Shown here: piece after piece, positions 10,344 through 20,787 of the stretch
Layout of the letters: each line of letters opens with the position of its first letter
Position numbering within the stretch: the first letter of the stretch is position 1
NCBI GenBank assembly: GCA_963827475.1
Contig: CAWHAZ010000005.1
Location: 256,001-320,000 of the forward strand
DNA from: an uncultured Chloroflexia bacterium
Lineage (GTDB): Bacteria; Chloroflexota; Limnocylindria; QHBO01
DNA length: 64,000 bases
Direction: 5' to 3'
Program-made: the position numbers and the translations under genes
Notes under the pieces: model-generated
The model's input: only the letters and a program-made list of their open reading frames with translations
Database searches by the model: none
What the model was told of the DNA's origin: nothing

Positions 10344-11162
10344 TCAACTGCGGCGAAGCGTCACCACTACCTGCTCGTTAATTTTGGGGTCGTCGACGAT
10401 CTCTTCAATCGCGAAACCCGACAGATTCGAGCGGAGCCAGCTTTCCGGGATCGCCGCCCACCCGTAGAAGTCGCCCGAGAGCACGCCGCCTCCTCCGATA
10501 CCGGTGTAGACATGTTGGTCGTTGCGGAACTCGGAACGGGCGCGGAACGGGTCATCGAAAAACGAGTCGATTGTTTTCTCAGCTTCGGCCAATTGCTCCC
10601 GCTCTGCCTTAGCGCGGATTGCACAACAGAGCTCGAGGAACCTGAGGCCCTGCATCGTGAAACTCAGTTGACCGCCTGGGCGCAGTACGCGGGCGAGCTC
10701 CGAGAACGCGGCCCTCGCAGCATCGGCTGAGAGGTGCGAGAACACCGAGTACGCGTACGCCAGCCCGAACGCCCCCTCCTGGAATGGCAGATTGCCCCCT
10801 GGATCGACTTGCTGCATTGATCCCGGCACGCGCGTGTCAGCACATACCTGTACGATCTCAGCATCGACATCGACGCCGAACAGGTGATGTTCAGGCACGT
10901 CGTGTGCAAAGAGCCGGATGAGCCGACCCCAGCCCACGCCAAAGTCAAGGACGAGGTCCATCGACAGGTCACCACGGTAGTGACGCTTGACCAACTGGTA
11001 AAAGGGGAAACATTCGCGCATCGCTGCGCCGCCAGACCATCCAACAAACCGGGCCTGAACGTATGGAGCCGGGCCGCCCGGGACACCGTCTCGGCCGACC
11101 TCCAGACCTTCGATCATCAGTTCCAGCCATTCCTGGTCGGTGTAAGACTGGGAGTCGATCAT
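10344..11162 (-). CDS. Class I SAM-dependent methyltransferase
   Basis: VLDFGVGWGR, GVDVD, AYSVFSHL, RVLRPGG. Confidence 0.85.
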   Translation of the reverse strand: MIDSQSYTDQEWLELMIEGLEVGRDGVPGGPAPYVQARFVGWSGGAAMRECFPFYQLVKRHYRGDLSMDLVLDFGVGWGRLIRLFAHDVPEHHLFGVDVDAEIVQVCADTRVPGSMQQVDPGGNLPFQEGAFGLAYAYSVFSHLSADAARAAFSELARVLRPGGQLSFTMQGLRFLELCCAIRAKAEREQLAEAEKTIDSFFDDPFRARSEFRNDQHVYTGIGGGGVLSGDFYGWAAIPESWLRSNLSGFAIEEIVDDPKINEQVVVTLRRS

Positions 11163-11363
11163 TCCAACCTCGCGGGTCCTTGGTCCAGGGGATGCATTCG
11201 GGGTCCGGATCTACGCCTCCTAGGGGGAGGGGATCGCCTCGGTCGGATGTCCCTACGACATGCTAGCGGCGCGCCTCGCAACGCGGAACGACCCCGATGA
11301 CCAGGTTCTCTCCTGCTTCTCATGTGCGGCGACGAGAAGCCACGCTTGCGCTGGAACCTTTCA

Positions 11364-12509
11364 TCAGAAGGCCCAGGCTCCGGTCGCGAACCGAGCCGAG
11401 AACCACAGCAGGAGCCCCACCGACACGACGCCGATGGCGAGGCCAAGCCAGCGGCGCTCGGCGAGGATCGCGAACCACGCGTACAGCGGGAACATGACCA
11501 GCACGTAGCGCGGCACGGACAGCACGAAGGCGGTGCTGACGAACAGGAGCCAGTTCGCACCCATCCACCACGCCCAGCTGGGGCGGAACCGCCGCACGGC
11601 CACCACCGTCCCGGCAAGCCCCAGCCCGATCGCCGCCAGCTCCGCCACGCCGAGCACGGCAGTGTCCTCGAGCGAATCGCTCGCCAGGCGCGACACGACC
11701 CCGGCGATGCCCTCCCACGGCCAGGCGAGCGTCTTGAACCAGTGCTCCCGCTGGATCTCGACGAATGCGAACGGGTTCCCGTACACGGCCTGGTTCAGCA
11801 CGAGGTACCCGCCAAAGCCCACCACCACCAGCCCGATCCAGCCCCACGCCAGCCGGGGGCTCCTCGACTGCCGCCACTCGGCCCACGCCTCGGCGGCGAG
11901 GGCAGGGATCAGGACGAGGCCGTTGACCCGGGTCAGGGCGGCGAAGCCGCCGGCGACTCCGGCCGCTGCCCACCGGCTGCTGCGGGCCGCGAGGAACGCC
12001 CCCAGGACGAGGGCGAGGAACAGCGACTCGGTGTACCCGATGTGCAGGAAGTAGGCCGTCGGGAAGATCAGCAGGAAGATGGCCGCCCGGCGGCCGAGCT
12101 CCTCGCCCAGCTCCCGGGCCACGACCCGGTACAGCAGCAGGACGGCCGCGATCGAGGTGATGGTGCTGATCAGGATCGGCGCCGCCAGGTCGGGCACGAC
12201 CGCGCGCGCCACGCCAATGAGGGCGGGGAGCAGGGGATAGAACACGATCATGAGGTCCATGTCGCCCTGGTTGCCGAAGGTCGGCGAGACCCCCGGATCG
12301 ACCGCCATGTAGCCCCAGATGGCGAGGTCGAGGTAGTGCGGGGCATCCCAGCGGGTCCACAAGGCGAAGGTCTGACCGATGTCGACGGCCCGACCCTGGG
12401 TCAGCGCGACCACCGCCAGGCCCCAGGCGAACAGCAGGATCTTGGTCAGCAGGGTGAGGCCGATGAGCTGCGCATCGGTCCCGCGCAGCCACACTCGCAC
12501 CGCATCCAT
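11364..12509 (-). CDS. PIG-V-like mannosyltransferase family (GT-C) membrane protein
   Basis: [35 protein letters not shown] motifs; multi-TM. Confidence 0.8.
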   Translation of the reverse strand: MDAVRVWLRGTDAQLIGLTLLTKILLFAWGLAVVALTQGRAVDIGQTFALWTRWDAPHYLDLAIWGYMAVDPGVSPTFGNQGDMDLMIVFYPLLPALIGVARAVVPDLAAPILISTITSIAAVLLLYRVVARELGEELGRRAAIFLLIFPTAYFLHIGYTESLFLALVLGAFLAARSSRWAAAGVAGGFAALTRVNGLVLIPALAAEAWAEWRQSRSPRLAWGWIGLVVVGFGGYLVLNQAVYGNPFAFVEIQREHWFKTLAWPWEGIAGVVSRLASDSLEDTAVLGVAELAAIGLGLAGTVVAVRRFRPSWAWWMGANWLLFVSTAFVLSVPRYVLVMFPLYAWFAILAERRWLGLAIGVVSVGLLLWFSARFATGAWAF

Positions 12510-12577
12510 GGCGTCGGACTATACGGGCAGTTCGGTTGGCACTCCGGGAGGCGGCTGTTACGATGCCGGCTCCGAAT

Positions 12578-12654
<77 letters not shown>

Positions 12655-12744
12655 CAATCTGACTTCGGAAGACTGCGTGCTGACCCACGAAGCCAAACGC
12701 CGCGTGTTCGCCCAGCTGGGTTCCGGGCGCTGACCGCCGTCCCG

Positions 12745-13974
12745 TTGGCCGGAACCCAATCCGGCCTCCCCCGGCGTGCGCGCCTCGCGGCCTACGCGGC
12801 GGTCTTCCTCGCCTTCTTCGACAACTTCGCCCTCCTCCCCCTCATCGCGCCGCGGGCGCAGGAGCTGGGAGCCGACGCGCTCGGCGTCGGCGTCGCGGTC
12901 GCCGCCTACTCGCTCACCAACCTGTTCCTGAACCTGCTCGGCGGCTCGCTCGCCGACCGCGTCGGACGCCGCCTCGTCCTGCTGGTGTCGCTCGCGGTGT
13001 CGCCGATCTGCATCGCCATCTACGGGCTGGCGGACAGCCTGCCGATCTTCCTCGCCGCCCGCGCGGTGCACGGCGCCTTCGGCGGCTTCCTGACCGCGTC
13101 GCTGTTCGCCCTCCTCGCCGACCTGGCCCCCGAGGGTGAGCGTGGGAAGACGATCGGCCGTGCCGGAGCCCTCATCGGTGCCGCCGCGGTCATCGGTCCG
13201 GCCGCCGCGGGCTTCGCCGCGCGGGAGCTGGGATCGGGGCCGGTGTTTCTCGCGGTTGCCGCCATCATCGCCGTCGGCCTGATCCTGGTGCGAGGGGCCA
13301 TCCCCGAGACGTTGCCTCCACCCGCCCGGTCGGGCGCCCCCGGCACCTGGCGCCGGCTGGTGTCCGACCCGCGGCTGCGCGTGGCGTACCTCGCCATCTT
13401 CGCCCTGGAGGCGGGTGTCGGGGTGGTGACCGGGTTCCTGAAGGACGGCATCGTCGAGCGGCAGATGGCGGCCGGTATGGATGCCGAACGAGCGCTCCGC
13501 TATGCCACCGGGGCCCAGGGCGGGCTGTTCAGCATCTTTGCCCTGGTGGCCGTCGTCCTCATGCTGAGCCCCATCGCCCGTCGGGTGGATCGGCGTGGCG
13601 CTTTTGGCCTGTCGATGGTCGGCCTCGCCTGCCTGGCCGCTTCGACCGCGATCATGGCCATCGGCGGGGCTCTCGTCGCCGACTCGGTGGCTATGGTCCT
13701 GTACGGGGTCGGCTTCGGCCTCCTCTTCCCGGCAGCGGCGGGGATGGTCGGCATCGCTGCGTCGGCCCCCGAACGCGGGCGCGCCTACGGCGTGTTCAAC
13801 TTCTCGTTCGACGCCGGCCTGGCGACAGGTCCGCTCCTCGCCGGCGCGCTCGCGGTCTCCGCGCTCGCCGTCGAGCCATTTGTCACGGCGACCGTGCTCA
13901 TCATCCTCGTGGCCGTGCTCATCCCGTTTGCCGCCCGAACGCGGGCACCCGCCGAGAGCTTGATCAGCCGGTGA
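12745..13974 (+). CDS. MFS transporter (DHA1-like)
   Basis: Motif [11 protein letters not shown]; about 12 TMs; ERGRAYG. Confidence 0.88.
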   Translation: MAGTQSGLPRRARLAAYAAVFLAFFDNFALLPLIAPRAQELGADALGVGVAVAAYSLTNLFLNLLGGSLADRVGRRLVLLVSLAVSPICIAIYGLADSLPIFLAARAVHGAFGGFLTASLFALLADLAPEGERGKTIGRAGALIGAAAVIGPAAAGFAARELGSGPVFLAVAAIIAVGLILVRGAIPETLPPPARSGAPGTWRRLVSDPRLRVAYLAIFALEAGVGVVTGFLKDGIVERQMAAGMDAERALRYATGAQGGLFSIFALVAVVLMLSPIARRVDRRGAFGLSMVGLACLAASTAIMAIGGALVADSVAMVLYGVGFGLLFPAAAGMVGIAASAPERGRAYGVFNFSFDAGLATGPLLAGALAVSALAVEPFVTATVLIILVAVLIPFAARTRAPAESLISR

Positions 13975-14752
13975 TGTCGGCCCGCTCGGAGAAGATCGCC
14001 GCGACCACCATCGAACCGAGGAGCCAGGCGCCGACGACCAGCATGGCCGTCTCCTGGGTGAGGGTGTTCGGGCCGCCCTCGAAGGGCCCACCCTCGATGC
14101 CCACCACGGCTCCAGCCGCGGTGAAGGGCAGGTACGGGACGATATCGGGGAGGAAGATGCCGGCGAATGCCTCGCCGAAGAAGAGCGCGATCCCGATCCC
14201 GATCCCGGCCAGCTGGCTGCGGGCAAGAGTGGCCACCGCGAAACCAATCGCGCCCTGCTCGACGATCGCGTACCAGCCGCGACCGAACAGCTCGGGCAGG
14301 TCCTGCAGGGCATCGGTATCGTCCACTCCGGCTGTCGTGACGTCCGCGAAGGTCGCCCCGACGAACGCCGCCGCCACACCGATGGCGAAGGCGCTGATCA
14401 TCCCGACCAGCAGGTAGGCGGCCACCGCCCCGAACGTGAGCAGGATGTAGCGGCTGCGGCTCTCGCCGCGCGCGACCACCGCCTTCAACGTCCCCCACGA
14501 CCATTCCGAGCCGGCGACGGCCGCCCCGTACGTGACCGCGAACAGGCCGCCGAGGCCGATGATGAAGGTCAGGATGATCTCGTAGGCGAACGGGAAGGTG
14601 ATGATGAGGAAGGCCTCGGGGCCTTCGAGCTCGTCGCCGGTCGCCGCGACGGCAACGATGATGAGGACCAAGAGCCCGGTCAGGATGCCGAAGGTCAGCC
14701 ACGTTGCGGGGCGACGGAGCAGCGTGCGGGCGCCGGATCGGAAGATCCTCAC
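13964..14752 (-). CDS. ABC-2 type permease
   Basis: [17 protein letters not shown] motif, 6 TMs, follows ATPase. Confidence 0.85.
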   Translation of the reverse strand: MRIFRSGARTLLRRPATWLTFGILTGLLVLIIVAVAATGDELEGPEAFLIITFPFAYEIILTFIIGLGGLFAVTYGAAVAGSEWSWGTLKAVVARGESRSRYILLTFGAVAAYLLVGMISAFAIGVAAAFVGATFADVTTAGVDDTDALQDLPELFGRGWYAIVEQGAIGFAVATLARSQLAGIGIGIALFFGEAFAGIFLPDIVPYLPFTAAGAVVGIEGGPFEGGPNTLTQETAMLVVGAWLLGSMVVAAIFSERADITG

Positions 14753-15744
14753 GTCGCACCCTCGGTGTCGTCCGGCTGCGGGCTCGAGATCCCCTGGAAG
14801 GTGCCTTCGTGGCTGGTCGCCGCGTCGGAGGTGAGGGACAGGAACAGGTCCTCCAGGTCGCTGCCGGCCTCCACTCGCGCGGCATAGATCCCGCCATCGG
14901 CGAGGGCACGGTTCAGGTCAGATGCGCGCGCCGCGGGTACCCGGACGGTGATCCAGCCAGCCACGGCATCGGCCACCTCGACCTCACCCGCCCCGGCTAC
15001 CGGCCCCAGGATGCGGACCGCGGCCTCCACCTCGCCCGGCCCGACCCGCACCCGGACGAGGTCCGTGTCGTGCAGGACCTCCGTCATCGTGCCTTCGCGG
15101 ACCAGGCGACCCGCGGCGATGATCCCGATGACGTCGGCCATCTGCTGGACTTCCGACAGCAGGTGGCTGGACACGAACACGGTCCGGCCCTCCGCCGCGA
15201 GATGGCGGAGCGTCTCCCGCATGGCGACGATCCCGGCCGGATCGAGCCCGTTGGCCGGTTCGTCGAGGAGCAGCAGCTTCGGGTCGCTGAGCAGCGCGGC
15301 CGCGATGCCGAGCCGCTGCTTCATGCCGAGCGAGTAGCCGGAAACCTTGTCCCGGGCGCGCTCCCGGAGGCCAACCAGCTCCAGCAGCTCCTCGATCCGC
15401 GCCGGCGACGTCCGGGCACCCGTTGCGCCAAGAGCACGGAGGTTCTCCCGCCCGGACAGGAAGGGGTAGAACGACGGCTGTTCGATCAAGGCACCGATGT
15501 CGAACAGGCGGCGGCGATCGCGGCGACCGAAGGGCCGGCCGAGGAGCTCGATGCTGCCGTGATCCGGGTGAATGAGCCCGGTCAGCAGGCGCATGGTCGT
15601 CGTCTTGCCCGCTCCGTTGGGCCCGAGAAAACCGTAGACCACGCCCGTCGGGACGGACAGGTCAAGTCCGGCCAGCGCGAGGCGCGACCCGTAGCTCTTG
15701 CGCAGGTCAATCGTCGCGAGGGCCAGCTCCCCGGAGACGGTCAT
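14749..15744 (-). CDS. ABC transporter ATP-binding protein (BcrA-like)
   Basis: GPNGAGKTT, YSLGMKQRL, LLLDEP, SSH. Confidence 0.95.
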   Translation of the reverse strand: MTVSGELALATIDLRKSYGSRLALAGLDLSVPTGVVYGFLGPNGAGKTTTMRLLTGLIHPDHGSIELLGRPFGRRDRRRLFDIGALIEQPSFYPFLSGRENLRALGATGARTSPARIEELLELVGLRERARDKVSGYSLGMKQRLGIAAALLSDPKLLLLDEPANGLDPAGIVAMRETLRHLAAEGRTVFVSSHLLSEVQQMADVIGIIAAGRLVREGTMTEVLHDTDLVRVRVGPGEVEAAVRILGPVAGAGEVEVADAVAGWITVRVPAARASDLNRALADGGIYAARVEAGSDLEDLFLSLTSDAATSHEGTFQGISSPQPDDTEGAT

Positions 15745-15785
15745 TGCCGGCGTAGGGTACCGGCTCGAACCGCTAGGCTCTCGGC

Positions 15786-16259
15786 GTGAGCACCGACGGG
15801 ACCGTCTCCGGCGCCCGGTTTGGCCACGTCAGCATCGTGGCCGCCGACTGGCGCCGCCTGGCCGACTTCTATGCGGATGTCTTTGGCTGCGAGTTCGTCC
15901 CGCCCGAGCGCGACTACGCCGGCGAGGACCTGGAGCGCGGAACCGGGGTCCGCGATGCCGCCTTGCGCGGGGCGCACCTGAGACTGCCGGGGCACGGGCC
16001 CGACGGGCCGACGATCGAGATCTATCAGTACCAGCGCCCCGAGGATCGCCTCCCGCCGGCGGCCAACCGGCTCGGTCTCGCCCATCTGGCCTTCGCCGTG
16101 CCCGACGTCGAGCAGGCGCGGGCCGCCGTCCTGGAGTCCGGTGGCAGCTCGGTGGGCGAGATCGTGACCCTGACCACCGCTGACGGCCGGCGGGTCACCT
16201 GGTGCTACGTCACCGATCCGGAGCGCAACATCGTCGAGCTCCAGTCCTGGAGCCGCTGA
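15786..16259 (+). CDS. VOC/glyoxalase family protein
   Basis: HVSIV...FYADVFG, HLAFAVPD, DPERNIVEL. Confidence 0.88.
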   Translation: MSTDGTVSGARFGHVSIVAADWRRLADFYADVFGCEFVPPERDYAGEDLERGTGVRDAALRGAHLRLPGHGPDGPTIEIYQYQRPEDRLPPAANRLGLAHLAFAVPDVEQARAAVLESGGSSVGEIVTLTTADGRRVTWCYVTDPERNIVELQSWSR

Positions 16260-16341
16260 GCAGGGCTTTCGTTCTCCGGGAGTACATCGGTCCCGGCGCA
16301 GTACTGCATCAGACCCCACTCCGACCGATTTGGCGTTTTTT

Positions 16342-16367
16342 GCCCCGGTGCTGACTCGCACCGGGGC
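16342..16367. repeat. Perfect 10-bp inverted repeat (hairpin) in intergenic region
   Basis: GCCCCGGTGC-TGACTC-GCACCGGGGC. Confidence 0.8.
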
Positions 16368-16462
16368 GTACCCCGGTGACGATCACGCCATGGCGACCGC
16401 GCTGTCGCCTGCCGATGCTTCCTGCGGATTCATCTTCATCCATTGATCAGGAGGTCAGGCAG

Positions 16463-17590
16463 GTGCATGGGATGACCCGACCGCGTATCGGGAACGCCCG
16501 GCGGTCGATGCGAGGCTCGCTCGCATCCATCGTCATCGCCGCGTGCCTTCTCGTGACCGTTGCGCCGACACTCGCGTCGCACGTGGTCGCCGGTGACAGT
16601 TCCGGGAAATCCCACGTGCGCCTCGGTGGGGACATACGACCACGAGTTCAAGGTTGAGCCCGTCACCGACGGACTGCACCAGGACCCGGGGAGCGACTTC
16701 TCGGTCACGATCGCCACCCAGTCGACTCCGCTCGGAACCACGGCTGACGTGGTCGCGAACCTTCCAATCGACGCCGTCCTGGTCAAGGGCGGGCCCAACG
16801 CGAACCTGTACGTCTATGTCCCGTCCGTGCTCACCGATGACGGACTCCACGCCCCGCTCAACGATGGAACGTATTACGGCCTGGGTCACATCCGATTCTG
16901 CTTCTCGGACGAGCCGAGCTCGTCATCGACTCCGACCCCATCCCCCAGCCCGAGCCCGACGCCAAGCCCGACGCCGAGCCCGCACGCCCAGCCCGAGCCC
17001 CAGCCCGACGCCAAGCCCCACGCCCAGCCCGAGCCCGAGCCCGACGCCGAGCCCCAGCCCGACGCCGAGCCCCAGCCCGACGCCGAGCCCCAGCGCCGGT
17101 CTCCACCCCAGCCCCGACTCCGACTCCCCCCGCGGCGGCGCCGACTCCTCCGGCGCCGCCGCCTCCTACTCCCCCTGCCTCGGCCACGGCTCCATCTCCG
17201 TCGACCAGCGAACAGCCGAATGAGATGACGAGCCAGGCCCCGACTCCGACTCCGCCCGCCACGACTGCCGGGCTTCAGCCTCCATTTCCGCCGGTGCCCC
17301 CTGCCCCGCCGACGGACGGAGGCTCGGCGCCCCCGCCGGACGCCCTGCTGCCGGTGGACGTGGTGGGCGGAGTCTTCGCTGCTGCTGCCCAGCAGGTGGC
17401 GACGATGGTCCAACCGGAGGCGGCCATCGTCGTGGCCAGCGCGTTCAGCTTCCCTCTCGCGCTGATGGTTGCCGTGATCTGCTTCCTCGTCGGCCAGGGT
17501 CGCGTCGATGCCCGGGATCCGAAGCTTCGGTCCGCGCCGCGGACACGACAGGAGACGGTGCTGTCCTTCCGTGACGAGGAGGACCTGTGA
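16463..17590 (+). CDS. Secreted/surface protein: signal peptide, Cys-flanked globular domain, Pro/Thr/Ser stalk, C-terminal TM anchor (frameshifted in this assembly)
   Basis: AGGAGG at 16449 before GTG; signal SLASIVIAACLLVTVAPTLA; domain GNPTC...VKGG...HIRFC; PTPSPS repeats; FPLALMVAVICFLV TM; stitched across indels near 16590, 16985, 17100. Confidence 0.7.
16930..17130 (+). repeat. Degenerate 12/18-bp tandem repeats encoding PTPSPS linker
   Basis: Units such as CCCGACGCCGAGCCCCAG repeated. Confidence 0.85.
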
Positions 17591-20223
17591 GCGCCCGTCC
17601 GGACGCGACCGATTTTTCCGCGCTCAGCGAGCGGATGAGCAACCTGCTCCTCCTGCGCGTCGCGCTGGCCGCGATCGTCCTGGTCTGGGCCGCGATGCGC
17701 CCCGAGGCCCTCGGGGTCACGTTCCCCGTCCTGGCTGGCGTGACGACGGGCTACCTGGTCGCGTCGGTCATCTTCGAGATCGTGCGCCGTCGAACAGCAC
17801 GCGCCGGCTTCACGATTCTCAACAGCCTGCTGCTCCTGGATGGCGTCTATCTCGCCTTCGCGATGTATGCGACCGGCGGGACGCAGAGCCCGATGCGTTT
17901 CCTGATCTACCTGCACCTGGTCGCGGTCTCGCTGCTGGCCTCGTACCGCACCGGGCTGAAGATCGCGCTCTGGCACTCGCTGCTGCTGTTTGTCGTCCTG
18001 TACGCCCAGGCGGCCATGCTCCTCCCGCCTGTCGACACCGTCCCGGGAGCCGCGATCGCGTTCGACAGCCTTCCGGTGCTCAACGTCACGGCGTTCTGGC
18101 TGTTCGCCATCGCCACCTCCGCCTTCTCGGCCATGAACGAGCGGGAGCTGCGGAACCGGCGGGCGGACCTCGAGGCCCTGGTGGCCCTCGGGACCGAGCT
18201 CGACGCCGTCGGCGATCCGGTCCACCAGGCTCGGACGGTGCTCGACGGGCTGGCGGACCGCTTCGAGACGCAGCGGGCCGTCGTCCTCGGTGCGTCAGAT
18301 GACCGCATCGTCGTGCTGGCGGGTCGTGGTGTCGCCGAGGTCCAGAGCGCGCCGGCGGCGGTCGACGCGGTCATCCAGAAGGCCTGGGATCGCCGGGACG
18401 TGTTGCCCGTTCGCCGCATCGACGGGGAGCAGAATCCGCTGATCTCGGCCGCGATTCCCAACGCCCGCAACCTGCTCGTCGCGCCGATGATCGCGGAGGG
18501 GCTGCCGGTCGGCGCCATCGTCGTCGAGCATCGCTCCCGCAGCGTGTTCGGAGTCGAGCGGCGCGTCCTCTCGGTGCTGAGCCAGTTCGCGTCCGTGGCC
18601 GCGTTGAACTTCCGCAATGCCGTCCTCCTCCGCCACGTTCAGGACCTCGCCGAGCGCGACTCCCTGACCGGGGCTGCCAACCGGCGCATGTTCCAGGACG
18701 CCCTCACCCGAACCCTGTCCGCGGCTCGCAAGGGCTCGTCGCGGATCACCGCCGTCCTCTTCCTCGACCTGGACGACTTCAAGGTCGTGAACGACTCGCT
18801 GGGCCACGCCGCGGGCGACGCCCTCTTGGTTGCGGTCACCGAGCGCATCAGTGGGCTCGTCCGCGAGGGCGACCTGATCGCTCGCCTCGGCGGCGACGAG
18901 TTCGCGATCCTGACGTCGGACTCCAGCGATCTCCGCCGCTCGCGCGCGATGGCCGATCGCCTTGTCCGTGAGCTTCGGGCGCCGTACATCATTCGCGACC
19001 AGCAGGTGGCGGTGACCGCCAGCATCGGCATCGCCAGCGTGCGGGGAGCGGAGCAGAGCCCCGAGGAGGTCATCCGCAACGCCGACGTGGCGATGTACAT
19101 GGCCAAGGCCAACGGCAAGGCGCGTTTCGCGATCTTCGACCCGGGCATGCACGCCGCCATCCGCGAACGTCACGAGCTTGGGGCCCAGCTCCAGCGTGCC
19201 GTGGAGCTCGACCAGCTGCGACTCGTCTACCAGCCGATCGTCGAGCTGGGCTCCGCACGACTGGCCGGCCTGGAGGCGCTCGTCCGCTGGCAGCACCCCG
19301 AACGGGGCCTCATCACGCCTGGCGAGTTCATCGAGATCGCCGAGGAAAACGGGGCCATCCTGCCCATCGGTCAGTGGGTCCTGCGCGAGGCCTGCCAGCG
19401 CGCGGGCAATTGGCAGCGCGAGGGCCTCACTCCGAAGGGCATCTTCCTGTGCGTCAACGTCTCAGCCCGGGAGGTCCAGCAGCCGGACTTCGTGACCTCG
19501 GTCCGGGCTACCCTCGAGCAGGCCGGCGTGGAGCCGTCGACCCTGATGCTCGAGATCACCGAGACCGCGCTGCTCAAGGCCAGCGGGCCGACGATGGACA
19601 CCCTCTCCGAGCTGCGCTCGCTCGGGGTGCGGGTCGTCATCGACGACTTCGGGACCGGCTACTTCTCCCTGAGCCACCTCCGCCAGTTCCCGGTGGACGC
19701 GCTGAAAGTCGCCACCGAGTTCGTCCAGGGCTCGAGCAGCGACGCCCGCTCGGCGGCTCTGGCCGGGGCCATCGTGGCGCTGAGCCAGTCCCTGGACATC
19801 GCCACCGTGGCGGAGGGCATCGAGACCAGCGAGCAGGCGAAGCTCATGGAGTCTCTCGGCTGCCGGTTCGGCCAGGGCTTCTTCTTCGCCCGGCCCATGG
19901 AGCAGGCCGAGATCGACAAGGGCGTCGCGGGATTCGCATCTCCCGTGCGCCTGCAGCGCCGTCGCCGCACCGATGCCGCCCCCACGGCTCCTCCCGCCGA
20001 ATCCGCACAGGCCTCGGACTCGAACACGGACCCCACGACACATGCCCCCGGACCCGACCGCGGCTTGACCCCCCGCGGTCGGGTCATTCCTCCGGTGTCA
20101 GCCGGTGGCCTCCTCCACCCGGCCGGTACCGCGCCAACGACCTCGACCTCGCATCCGCTCCGGAAGGCGACCAGGTCGTTGGCGCCCGGCGATCGGCACG
20201 GGCCGGCCCGAGGACGTCCGTAG
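17587..20223 (+). CDS. Membrane-bound GAF-GGDEF-EAL c-di-GMP cyclase/phosphodiesterase
   Basis: N-terminal TMs with TGGTQSP; DSLTGAANRR, DLDDFKVVND, RxxD I-site, GGDEF; EALVRW, LEITE, DDFGTG, AEGIE. Confidence 0.93.
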   Translation: MSARPDATDFSALSERMSNLLLLRVALAAIVLVWAAMRPEALGVTFPVLAGVTTGYLVASVIFEIVRRRTARAGFTILNSLLLLDGVYLAFAMYATGGTQSPMRFLIYLHLVAVSLLASYRTGLKIALWHSLLLFVVLYAQAAMLLPPVDTVPGAAIAFDSLPVLNVTAFWLFAIATSAFSAMNERELRNRRADLEALVALGTELDAVGDPVHQARTVLDGLADRFETQRAVVLGASDDRIVVLAGRGVAEVQSAPAAVDAVIQKAWDRRDVLPVRRIDGEQNPLISAAIPNARNLLVAPMIAEGLPVGAIVVEHRSRSVFGVERRVLSVLSQFASVAALNFRNAVLLRHVQDLAERDSLTGAANRRMFQDALTRTLSAARKGSSRITAVLFLDLDDFKVVNDSLGHAAGDALLVAVTERISGLVREGDLIARLGGDEFAILTSDSSDLRRSRAMADRLVRELRAPYIIRDQQVAVTASIGIASVRGAEQSPEEVIRNADVAMYMAKANGKARFAIFDPGMHAAIRERHELGAQLQRAVELDQLRLVYQPIVELGSARLAGLEALVRWQHPERGLITPGEFIEIAEENGAILPIGQWVLREACQRAGNWQREGLTPKGIFLCVNVSAREVQQPDFVTSVRATLEQAGVEPSTLMLEITETALLKASGPTMDTLSELRSLGVRVVIDDFGTGYFSLSHLRQFPVDALKVATEFVQGSSSDARSAALAGAIVALSQSLDIATVAEGIETSEQAKLMESLGCRFGQGFFFARPMEQAEIDKGVAGFASPVRLQRRRRTDAAPTAPPAESAQASDSNTDPTTHAPGPDRGLTPRGRVIPPVSAGGLLHPAGTAPTTSTSHPLRKATRSLAPGDRHGPARGRP

Positions 20224-20235
20224 AATCGGTCCACC

Positions 20236-20787
20236 GTGACCGATTCCCCCTCCGCCGACGTCGTCGTCTCCGAACGGCTGTTCCTGCCCCTGCTCACGGC
20301 CGGCCGCCTGGAACGGATGCTGAACGGGGACATCGCATCGGTCGGGGTCGAAGTCGGTGTCAGGCTCCCCGGCTGGTGGATGGAGGAGCGGGACTGGCTG
20401 CTCCGCACCCGGCTTCGCCAGATCCAGGGCGACCCTGCCAGCGAGCCCTGGCTCCTGCGACCGATCGCAATGCGGACCGCTGAGCCGGAGGCGATCGGAC
20501 TCATCAACTTCCACGGTCCTCCCGACGACCGCGGCTTCGTCGAGGTCGGCTACGAGCTCCGTCCCGAGTTCCGGGGGCAGGGGTACGCGATCGAGGCGGT
20601 CCGCGCTCTCTTCGACTGGGCAGCGCGCGAGCGCGGCATCCGGCGCTTCCGGGCGGGGATCGCCCCGGGGAACGAGCGCTCGATCAACCTCGTCACCAAG
20701 CTCGGCATGGGCCGGGTCGGCGCGCAGTGGGACGAGGATGATGGCCTGGAGCTGCTCTACACCGTGGAGCGGTGGGGGATGGCCTAG
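20236..20787 (+). CDS. GNAT (RimJ/RimL-like) acetyltransferase
   Basis: EVGYELRPEFRGQGYAIEA, NERSINLVTKLG. Confidence 0.88.
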   Translation: MTDSPSADVVVSERLFLPLLTAGRLERMLNGDIASVGVEVGVRLPGWWMEERDWLLRTRLRQIQGDPASEPWLLRPIAMRTAEPEAIGLINFHGPPDDRGFVEVGYELRPEFRGQGYAIEAVRALFDWAARERGIRRFRAGIAPGNERSINLVTKLGMGRVGAQWDEDDGLELLYTVERWGMA

